This document shows positions 15,121 through 27,558 of a DNA stretch of 45,547 nucleotides, piece after piece (the stretch's first letter is position 1; each line of letters begins with the position of its first letter). Under the pieces are notes generated by a model. The model worked only from the letters and a program-made list of their open reading frames with translations. It was not told the origin of the DNA and did no database searches. Source of the DNA: Eledone cirrhosa (taxonomy: Eukaryota). The position numbers were made by a program, and so were the translations under genes. Location: contig CAXHJY010000063.1 of the NCBI GenBank assembly GCA_964016885.1, positions 1 through 45,547 of the forward strand. The letters run 5' to 3'.

Positions 15121-16204
15121 TAGTAATAATAATAAAATTGAAGACTAAAATCCAAAGAGGGCTCGATAAGGAAAATATATATCAAATATATAAGAACCGT
15201 AGAGCAAATATTTATTAAAATAACAGATTAAAGTTTAAGCAAAGAATCGCTGCTTTCACCCTTAACGGGATCTTCTGAAACTAACAAAGTCAATCTGTAA
15301 ACGCAGAACTGGATATTTCAAGAAAAGTTGCAACCGGAGCAAGACCGGAAGACGATACTTTGGTTCGTGGTAACGTTCGCTGGCAAAGAACGGGAAAAAA
15401 CGAATAATACGTCATTAATAGGACCGGTGAAAAACAATTACGCGCAAAGACAGAACCACGTTTATGGTATAAAGAGGTCGTAGACTAATGTTCTCTTATG
15501 TGGTGCATAGAGACGTTCTCTGGCAATGAACGCAAAAACGAAGATAATAAGTCATATGTGGAGCGTGGAGAAGAATAGCACGTAAAGACAATACCACGTA
15601 AATGGTATAGCAGAAGTCGTAGACTAAAATTCTAACTAGGAGACCAAATGAATCTCCGCTACAGAGATAACAACAAAGTAAATAAATACAATACAGAAGA
15701 AATAGAAACAAATAAATACATACACACAAACAGATACGCACATACACGAGCATACGCAAAACCTTACCATAGGTATACAAAACCACGCACATATAAATAT
15801 GTGTGTGTGTGTATGCTTGTGTACAAATAAATATATAATTATATAAACGTATATAAGTAAGTAAATACGTATATAACAAGCGCACAGGCACACCTACATA
15901 TAAAAACACGAATGTTCGGAGACGTAAGTCAACTAAAACAAGAGGTACACATATACACACACCCACCATACGTACGGACCTGCATACTCACGCAGACGCA
16001 AAACTCCCATATACACATAGCCAAACCCTAATTACCAGAATATGTAAAAATTATACGCCATAACAGTCAAATATACGTACGAGAAGGTATACATACCTTC
16101 ACAAAACATACGGGTAATATATACTTACCTATGCAAATAAGTAAAGGAATAAACATATACTTAGCTTCCACATCAAGACGTAAAATATCCATGTATAGAT
16201 CATA

Positions 16205-17029
16205 CTATCCGTTAGGGTATAACGTGGGGCTGTAATACAGGAAAGTGTTGTGCAATTCATGTTTACAAGCCGAAATTGCCTCAGAATTTTTGTTTAAGAT
16301 GTGGTCTGTGGCGTAGAGTATTTCCAGGGCCTCAGCGGCGTAGAGGTCACATGGTCTTTTATTTCCGTTATACGATCTAGCCCTAGCTAGGATCTCCCAG
16401 TGTAACTTAAATTGGGTGTGGTTGTCTTTTAGACTCCAGATATAAGCTGAAAGTGACGTCATATTCCTTCTTAGAGGGTAACGAAAAGAATCGGTATGCA
16501 TGTAAAGACGCTGCTTGAAACTATTGGCGGTTAACCCTATGTAGGCCCTACGGGACGTGGGTGTTACAACCTTACATTTGTAGACAATGTTACTAGAGAG
16601 GCATTTCCCGGATAGGGGGCAATCAGCCCGATTCCTACAATTACAGTTAGTACTAACTACAGGGTTGCACGTGTTCCTACGGCTAGGTAGTTTAGCTAAA
16701 TTTGAAGCTCTGATGTTATGTGCAAGGTTAGGAGTCGTAGAGTAAGAAATTCTAATAATATTTCTATTAAAAATTTTACTATATTTATGTGTAGGGGGAA
16801 AATGCTTCGTAATAAGGGAAAGAAAGATCTTAGCTAATGGTGTGGCCACCTCCATATTATATGGTGGGTTAAACCAACAAATGCGACGGGATCTATTTCT
16901 TCTAGGTCTATTTTCGTACTCTGTATATGCTACCTTATCGACAAATCCACTGCGAGCAAGAGCTTCATTGTAATAAGTGGAATGGTCGTTGAAAATGCGC
17001 TCGTTGGTGGAAAGACGGGAAAGCCTCAA
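16205..17029 (-). CDS. PLE ORF C-terminal part: RT thumb, linker and GIY-YIG endonuclease (Naiad-type); open but 5'-truncated
   Basis: RLSRLS...WFNPPY...KHFP...KIFNRN.IRISYS..PNL...CNCRNRADCPLSGKC..NIVYKC...AYIGLT.NSFKQR...H..SF...TSLSAYIWSLK...WEIL...CDLY..E...LNK.SE...CKH. The TTG start lies at the junction with the inverted pLTR. Confidence 0.9.
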   Translation of the reverse strand: MRLSRLSTNERIFNDHSTYYNEALARSGFVDKVAYTEYENRPRRNRSRRICWFNPPYNMEVATPLAKIFLSLITKHFPPTHKYSKIFNRNIIRISYSTTPNLAHNIRASNLAKLPSRRNTCNPVVSTNCNCRNRADCPLSGKCLSSNIVYKCKVVTPTSRRAYIGLTANSFKQRLYMHTDSFRYPLRRNMTSLSAYIWSLKDNHTQFKLHWEILARARSYNGNKRPCDLYAAEALEILYATDHILNKNSEAISACKHELHNTFLYYSPTLYPNG

Positions 17030-17440
17030 TTGTATTTATTTACGTTGTTGTTAACTCTGTAGCGGAGATTCATTTGGTCTCCTAGTTAGAATTTTAGTCT
17101 ACGACTTCTGCTATACCATTTACGTGGTATTGTCTTTGCGTGCTATTCTTCTCCACGCTCCACATATGACTTATTATCTTTGTGTTTTCGTTCATTGCCA
17201 GAGAACGTCTCTATGCACCACATAAGAGAACATTAGTCTACGACCTCTTTATACCATAAACGTGGTTCTGTCTTTGCGCGTAATTGTTTTTCACCGCTCC
17301 TATTAATGACGTATTATTCGTTTTTTCCCGTTCTTTGCCAGCGAACGTTACCACGAACCAAAGTATCGTCTTCCTATCTTCCTCCGGTTGCAACGTTTTT
17401 TGAAATATCCAGTTCTGAGTTTACAGATTGACTTTGTTAG

Positions 17441-17478
17441 TTTCAGAAGATCCCGTTAAGGTTGAAAGCAGCGATTCT
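17441..17478 (+). ncRNA. HHR-like motif with atypical core (CAGAAGA-TCCC-GTTAA-GG[G/T]T-GAAAG); mirror copy at about 15243-15280 (-)
   Basis: Core spacing, a short stem II and the position near the pLTR end fit a PLE HHR, but stems I and III are not clearly formed. Confidence 0.35.
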
Positions 17479-17693
17479 TTGCTTAAACTTAAATATGTTA
17501 TATTAATAAATATATAATATATATATATATATATAATATAACGAAGGAAATGTGGTAAGGAACCAGGTGGACCATAACGCACCAAAGTACTCAATAATTA
17601 GGGTAATAGAGTGGATAATGTCTTACTTGTTCCTATATATAATATATATATATATATATAATTATATATAATATATATATATATATATATAAT

Positions 17694-17726
<33 letters not shown>

Positions 17727-17824
17727 ATTATATATAATATATATATATATATATATAATATATATATGTATATAATATATATATATAATATATAATATAT
17801 ATATATCACATATATATATATTAT

Positions 17825-17862
<38 letters not shown>

Positions 17863-18035
17863 ATACATATATAATATATATATATATATACATAATATAA
17901 TATAATATACATATATATATATATATATACATATATATATAATATATATATAAATTATATATATATACATATATATAATATATATATAATATATATATAA
18001 TATATATATATAATATATATATAATATATATATAT

Positions 18036-18070
<35 letters not shown>

Positions 18071-18098
18071 ATATATATATATAATATATATATAATAT

Positions 18099-18142
<44 letters not shown>

Positions 18143-18246
18143 ATATAATATATATATATATATATATAGAAGTGGGTTCTGATTGACCTTGGAATAATAC
18201 AACCAATATTTATCCAAGCACCTATGGCGTCTGAAAATATTTGATT

Positions 18247-18346
18247 ATACATACGTACATACATACATACATACATACATACATACATACATACATACAT
18301 ACATACATACATACATACATACATACATACATACATACATACATAC
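18247..18346. repeat. (TACA)n tetranucleotide microsatellite
   Basis: Seen directly. Confidence 0.97.
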
Positions 18347-18849
18347 AGTGATAGGTACAATCTCGTTCATTGAAAAAATGTAAGTAAATAAGATAGTCAT
18401 AATTTGACCTGAGTTGTAATAGGCAGCGTCATTCATGTGCAAGGTCATGTAACTCATAATTAATTACATAGGAACATTTATTATTTTAAATAAAACTGAT
18501 CTACATAGTTCATTTTAAGGTATGGTAACATAAATGGAGATAGGATCTGCAGCGTTAGAATTATAGAACTCCGTCAGTTTATATATAGCCATAACCTGTA
18601 TAATCTTTAAACTAATTGAATATGTCTATGATATATGCATGCATAGCTATTTTGTAAATTACTCTATTTCACGTGGATATCTCTCACGATATTACTGCGC
18701 GACCAAAAAAATCTTATACAATTCAATAATGTCTTTGGTTTTAGCGATGCTGTGTGAGTGTAATTGGCACGACAGAAGAACTACAGATTTCTATCATTCC
18801 TCTCTCATGCTCTTTCTCTCAGTACATTCTAGCTTCCCACACACATATT

Positions 18850-20348
<1,499 letters not shown>

Positions 20349-20890
20349 ATAAAATATTAAACAAATAATGAATAAACAATTCCTTATATTAAACAAAAAA
20401 AGTTCATTATTTAACGATCGTTTCTAGGATATATATGTGTTAGAGTTGGCATGCATATTCAACAGATCTATGTACAAAATTATACAAAATTATACAAACT
20501 ATCAAGATTAAATATACATACCAACACATATATACGCCGTCTTCAGAAATAATATTTCTGAAGACGGCGTATATATGTGTTGGTATGTATATTTAATCTT
20601 GATAGTTTGTATAATTTTGTATAATTTTGTACATAGATCTGTTGAATATGCATGCCAACTCTAACACATATATATCCTAGAAACGATCGTTAAATAATGA
20701 ACTTTTTTTGTTTAATATAAGGAATTGTTTATTCATTATTTGTTTAATATTTTATCTTGACTCTGTATACCGTTTATCTTTCACCGAAAGTGATTTTTCA
20801 TTACATTTCTTCTTTCCATGATATCCGGAATACATTGAGTTCTTCATACGGATTGGACACTACCGTAAACTCTTGGTAGATTTATCTACA
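20349..20890 (+). mobile_element. pLTR-only PLE insertion forming a 407-bp palindrome (20349-20755) plus a 3' tail of about 135 bp
   Basis: Arms of 203 bp, identical by eye, with a 1-nt spacer at 20552. Each arm holds an HHR. Both flanks are TA. Confidence 0.85.
20553..20696 (+). ncRNA. Type I HHR with about 115-nt stem II; mirror copy 20408-20551 (-)
   Basis: TATTT-CTGAAGA-cggcgTATATATGTGTT...AACACATATATAtccta-GAAAC-GATC-GTT-AAATA. It has a 5-bp stem I, an intact core and the palindrome ACGATCGT; the base of stem II is mismatched. Confidence 0.8.
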
Positions 20891-20959
20891 TATATAAATA
20901 TATATATATATATATAAATATATATATAAAAATATATATATATATATGTAAAAATATAT

Positions 20960-21032
<73 letters not shown>

Positions 21033-21035
21033 AAT

Positions 21036-21068
<33 letters not shown>

Positions 21069-21075
21069 AATATAC

Positions 21076-21130
<55 letters not shown>

Positions 21131-21131
21131 A

Positions 21132-21191
<60 letters not shown>

Positions 21192-21528
21192 GCGTACGTG
21201 TGTCTTTGTGTGTGTGTGTGTGTGTATTTGTTTGTATGTGTGATTATGCGTGTATTGATGTCAATAAGCAAGTTTAAAGGAAGTATACTGCTAATATCTA
21301 ACAGTGAAAAACCAAATGCTAAAGGATGTCAGGTCACAAGTGAAAGCTTAATCTCTCAGGATTCGTTGGAAATATGTAGTATTTTTTGGCAAGATGTATT
21401 AGCTATATCCCTACATATTCTATTTCTTTCTTTATCCATCTCTTTCCTCGTGTTCATATATACTTCTCATTCCTATGTGTGTGAATTTTCATGCATGTGA
21501 TTATGTGTGCATATTTAGTTATGTGAAT

Positions 21529-21701
<173 letters not shown>

Positions 21702-21928
21702 TGCGTGTATGTGTGTGCACGCGTGTATGTCTGTGAATGTGCGGGAGTGTGTGTGCCTGTCTATGTGTGTGTGCAACTATAAGATTATCTATGCAGTTTA
21801 CTATTCCGTAACCGTCAGTATGTTTGGCTCACCATTACATTAGTTACATGGCGGAGTTTGACGCCGCTATCCAAGTGATTGTTAATCCGCTTTGAAATCA
21901 GAGTTACTCTTTGTAAGCGGAACGGAGG

Positions 21929-21995
<67 letters not shown>

Positions 21996-22410
21996 TATAT
22001 ATATATACATTATATGTATATATATATATATATATATTATATGTATATATATATATATATATTATATATATATATATATATATGTGTCTGTGTGTGTGTG
22101 TGTGTGTGTGTGCGTGTATGTGTGTATATGTGTGTGTGTGGGTGTGTGTGTGGGGGGGGGGACAATATACAGAGGAAAGCAGATTGTTGAACGTAAAATA
22201 TGAAAGTATATTTACATATAAGAAAGCTACAATCACAAATCAATAATAACCAAGACACATATAGTAAGTAAAAAATATATTGATAAAATTATTTTCTACG
22301 CAGGTTTGATTTTCGGTAGGTAGGCACTCAATATCGTTAGAGAGATTATAAGACATTGGCTGAATTAATTCATAAATATGTGGAATTCTTTCCTATAACA
22401 TATCCCACTG

Positions 22411-22641
22411 CCAATAGGAGGAAGTCAGAGAAAATGAAGCTGTTAATTTATACTTTCGCATACCGTGACTCGAGTATTCGAGAGAAATATATAGGGCAGG
22501 AAACCAGATTTTCTTCGATACTTTTATATCACGTGACCTGGGAAATTGATAACGCCATGTTATAATAGTGTGCAGAGCGTATTTTGTATGAATTGTGAGT
22601 TGATAAGCTGAAAGCAGGAATCGGCATTAAGCCTGGTAAGT
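22411..22641 (+). promoter_or_regulatory. Possible housekeeping-type promoter and non-coding first exon
   Basis: Clustered CCAAT (22411), GGAAGT (22420), TCACGTGACC (22529) and CGCCATGTT (YY1-like, 22553), then a consensus donor CTG/GTAAGT (22636). Motif evidence only. Confidence 0.3.
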
Positions 22642-23782
22642 ATTGTATGATTGTTTGTCTATTTCCATGTTTGTGCAGGTTTTTCCTTTTAGGTTTGTTC
22701 CACGACTTGTTCCAATTTGAAAAATTCGGTTTCTATAATTATAATTAATAATCATAACAGCAATTTGAGATGTTATTTCCTAAAATTTCACCTGTATATT
22801 CATTGATTTCTTAATATAATTTGATTTACATGTAGTCAGCGCTAACAATCGTAAGAATTTACCGCTCTAAATCGTAAACAGCCGATAGGAAAAAATACTG
22901 TCTATAAATACCGCAGTAAATTTGTATGAACTCCTGGATTGGTAGAATAGTAGCGGTATGATGTAGGAAAAAGTGCGAGAGGGAATGTTGATGTTCGGAG
23001 AAAATAGTAACAGTATGAAGTAGACTGAAGTGCAAGACATGTTACTCTTGTTTGTAGTAAGGCCGTTTCTTTCATTACACAGATAACCTAAGATGAGAAT
23101 CTATCACTGAAATCGCGGACAGAAATATATATTATATAAAAATATGATAAGGGTAATTAGTGGTATAATGCTTAACACGATACAATCCTGAATACCAAAT
23201 ATATGTCAATGTAGATAGTGCTTGTTAGTTTAAAATAACCCTGTTAATTCCTCTTGTGGCAAGTTGTTAATTAGAAAACGGTATGTTTAAACTCTGATAT
23301 CTAATATAGACACATCTTTAAATTTGAGACATGGTCCAATATAATATATCGACTACTGTTCTTGCCATCCAGAAATGGCTTTTGTCATCGTATAGGGGGT
23401 TAGAAACTGATTCTTGACGGTTTCCAGCCTCTTTTTCTAAAGACACCGAACAACAATTCACGATGCACCATTGCTTTGATCATTGGCCTCTTGAAGCCCT
23501 GGTTCTGAGGTTAACCAATAACAACAAATGAAATTGTATTAAATTACAGATAAATGTTCTGATCATGTTTTCATGTTTTATTCATAGTAATATATATGGG
23601 GGCTTCTCTTCATTTATCATATCTGTTCACTCCAGCTGTTGTTCAAGCAAGAATTATGCATGTTTAAATTCATAGAAAGGATATTCAAATTTCGCGTATT
23701 AAAACATATCAATTTGTAGAATTTAAAGGATTAATTTCACTTTTTAAGACAAGATTTTACATTTACCCGTTTGGCCTTCTGA

Positions 23783-23921
23783 AATGATTCATGAAAGTAA
23801 AGATATAATAATATCCATGTCTTTCACCGAACAATTCAACATCTGAGATTATGTTCCCATGTTGTTGAATTGTTTCAAGAAAGACATGGATATTATTCTA
23901 ACTTTACATTCATGAATCATT
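23783..23921. repeat. Imperfect inverted repeat or hairpin (about 58-bp arms, about 20-nt loop), possibly a MITE
   Basis: AATGATTCATGAAAGTAAAG...AATAATATCCATGTCTTTC..AACAATTCAACA pairs with TGTTGAATTGTT..GAAAGACATGGATATTATT..CTTTACATTCATGAATCATT. Confidence 0.8.
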
Positions 23922-24345
23922 GTTTAAATATAGCATGCAGCTCGAGTTACTCTTAAATTTAAATCTAGAACAAAGTACAACGGAGGAATAGTTTAGATCA
24001 ATATATATAAAGGGCGAATTGCATTTGATGTTAAACTAATCGTTGATTTCACTGCCCATGTCGTAAAATAGGCTAGATAGTAAATTAGTAGGAAGGCTCT
24101 ATTGAGTTTAAATATCGAAAATCAACTAAAAGATCATTAATTTGAATTACATTGATATGCGGAATATATGACGAAATAAACAGACCCTCCCAAATCATTT
24201 AGATGGTATGATATTTCGAATACAGGTAATATATAGGAATTTAAAAGTCATTTGCATATATAATTGGACTGTAACCCGAAAATGTGAAGCGTGTACTTTG
24301 CAATGTGTTTTATGCACAACCTGCAACATATTTTATATAAGTATA

Positions 24346-24376
<31 letters not shown>

Positions 24377-24575
24377 TGGTAAACGGAATAGAAAATGCTG
24401 ACAAATTGTTCACAGTTGATAAATGGTTTAATTAGGAATAAAAGAGTATTAGTGATTGTATGGGTTATTATTCAGTTGTGGTTTTAAGTTTTTAAGTTTT
24501 TACCGGTTGCGCATTTCTAAATGCTTTTCAAAAATAATTTTGAGATAGAGTGTCCGTGCTGTTTGCTCTGATCTG

Positions 24576-24618
<43 letters not shown>

Positions 24619-25388
24619 ATCTGTGTTTATGTATATATATATATTTGTGGATGTCGTTCTGACTCCAGCTTACTTAATATTTAAAGTTAATTAACTTTCT
24701 AGTCGTTTCTATGTATACAGAGGGAACGATTATCATTTAATCGTTTACTGTTGCCTATATATTTAAAGCATACTAAGTTACATGCTAAAACATCTGTTTT
24801 ACTTTAAATATACGAGACTTAGCTAAATATATTTAGTTAGGGGAAAATGCATTACAATTTTCACTAAAAGCATGTTATTTTTAAACGTATTACTTCATTC
24901 TACCCTTTCAATTTGAACAGATTTTTAAGTGGGAATAAATTAAATGTTAAGAGATTCAACATAAAATAATGTACGTTATAGCAACAGCTTTGAATACAGA
25001 GGAGAAACAAGCTGAGTTACGTCATTGGACCTGTAACATTTCCTATCTCAAATGGATGCTAAATACGGATGGAATGACAGGTTGTACACCTAAACTAATG
25101 AAACATTAATGTCCAATAAAAAAAAAAAAGATAAACACCATACATGAGATGTTTCAGACATCCAATAACTCGCTTATTCAGTTGTAAAATTTGATTTCTG
25201 CAAATATTTGAATAAGTTTACAGGAAATCGATTCGTTTATATTTTTTTTATATTTTATTTAACATTTTACTCACTACTTTATTAAAAGCAACCTCTTCCG
25301 ATAACATTCAAGGAATATTTTAATATCAAACCTTCGTGATTAGATCCGCTGCAAATTTAATATTTATATATGTATAAACATATGCATG

Positions 25389-25425
<37 letters not shown>

Positions 25426-26759
25426 GTGTGTGTGTGTGTGTATAAATTTGTATGTAAGTATGCATGTATGTATATATATATATATGTGTGTGTGTTTGTG
25501 TGTATATATATATATATATATATACAATGTGGTGTGTTTATATTTGTTGTGTATCTAGTGTTTTATGATTTTATCAATTTCAGATATTGCTTCCCAGCAA
25601 TGCTGACGCAGCTCAATCTAATTTAAAGTCGATTATCTGACACTTAGTATTTGGGTGGTACCTCTTTCATTGAACTTGCTACGAGGACACTCAAGGAGGA
25701 TGTAGAATTTCAATAATAAGGGGTCATAACGAAGCATCTGTTATATTAAGTACCCTGTGAATTTCCTTAATTGGTCTACGCTGGACATGTTCTTCCATTC
25801 ACGTTACGCTCTCTGTTACATTTTATTCTGCTTTTGTACCCAGCTGTATGAGAAAATAATGCTAGTTTTGTGGAATCAAACGTCTCCGTGAAGTGGGCAA
25901 ATACATTTCTTCCAGCGCTGTTTAGACCACTCTGAGTGAGTTGGCGTAAAATACGGAGAGAAATATGACTAGTTCTTGTATTATCAATTTTGTGCATTTA
26001 ATATTTAGATTTGTCTCCTTCGATCCAAAATCTGCATTGAGAGTAACGTTACAAGCATTTGAATATTTGATATTATTCTAAGATGACATAACCAAACATC
26101 TGTTCTATCAATGTCCCTATACATTTCCTAATGTGTTCATATCAGCTAGCCTCTCTTTTACATGTGTATCAAGTTTCGCAATACATTACTAAGTTTGTGC
26201 ATGTAATATCTATCTTTACTTCTTTAGACCACAAATATACTTCGAGTGCAACGTTTTAACGTTGTATATAGTGGTAGGCGAAAGTATTTCTTGAATATAT
26301 ATGTTTGAGTGTATGTGTGTGTTGGTGTGTCTGTGTGTGTGAGCATGTTTGTGTGTTTGAGACATCATCATATTTATTTATTCTGATTTTAGATGCATAT
26401 ACTTCTTGCAAAATAACTGCCGCAACATGTGTTCTATTCATTCGAATGGGCTCTAAGTCCTTAAGTAGTCGCGGCAGATATCCTTCATCAGGGTGAAGAT
26501 CATGAGTACGGAAAGAAGAAAAATGTTTATTATTTCACCAGTTTCTAAATGATAACTTTGTTGCTGTAAGACTCCCAATGTCTCTGACAAGGCCTAGTAA
26601 AGTTTTGAAGTGGTAACTGTCGTTATGTTGATAAGAAAAGAGTGCATTCTATCGCCAGTTAAACCTGAAATCCACATGGGAAGATAAGTGAGGCAGCTAC
26701 TGAATTACTTGGCCACAGAAATAGTAAACATCCAGATTTCTCCCATGGAAAGGTGGATA

Positions 26760-26837
26760 CACACACACGCGCACACATATGTACATATACACACACACCC
26801 ACACACATACACATATGTACATATATACACACACACA

Positions 26838-26879
<42 letters not shown>

Positions 26880-26998
26880 CACACACACACACACACATAT
26901 ATATACACACACACACACACATATATATATACACACACAGAGATATATACACACAGACACACACACACAGATATATACACACACACACACAGATATAT

Positions 26999-27058
<60 letters not shown>
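26760..27058. repeat. Compound (CA)n/(TA)n microsatellite
   Basis: Seen directly. Confidence 0.95.
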
Positions 27059-27066
<8 letters not shown>

Positions 27067-27272
27067 ATACTTGGGGAGGGTCATATTTGTGTAATATTGC
27101 CAGAATTAATAAGAGAACACACTCACTGTTTGGTTTGGTTGGTTTTCGCTTCTCGCTTCTGTGTCTTTTATATCGGTAATCTAACTTACTCGGTCCTCAA
27201 TGTTCCCATTGACTGACCGACGGTCGAAAATAATACAGATACAATATAGACACAAACACATATATATAGTTT

Positions 27273-27314
27273 ATCATAAATCTTTCGTTGCACATCCGCA
27301 ACATCGTCAGTGGT
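27273..27314 (-). ncRNA. Minimal type I HHR in the 3' pLTR
   Basis: CCA-CTGACGA-T-GTTGC-GGATGT-GCAAC-GAAAG-AT-TTA-TGA. The core is intact with a 5-bp stem II. Confidence 0.75.
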
Positions 27315-27558
27315 GTTATCGTTTCCTCCTATTGTATTATATGTCTACGCCATTTTTTTTCCAGTCTGTCTATATATTTATTTGCTTGTTTGTTTATTTT
27401 ATTTTGTCTTCTTTGCGCATGCGTTTGTGTGTGTGTATAGTGTTTTGTTTGCTGTGTAATGGGTGACTAGTGTGTGTTTATGTGCTTGTTGTTATTGTGT
27501 TTGTGTATGTATTTATTTATTTATTTATTTATTTATTTATTTTATTTTATTTACTTAT

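Larger units (their letters stand above)
15201..17512 (-). mobile_element. 5'-truncated Naiad-type PLE with about 485-bp inverted pLTRs (15205-15692 and 17029-17512)
   Basis: The two arms are reverse complements and enclose a GIY-YIG ORF and 3' UTR, within TA-rich flanks. Confidence 0.92.

Noticed and set aside
15201-17512. DNA transposon with long TIRs, or a homing endonuclease gene
   Set aside because: The ORF includes the PLE RT thumb and linker upstream of GIY-YIG and has no DDE transposase; the arms behave as inverted pLTRs.
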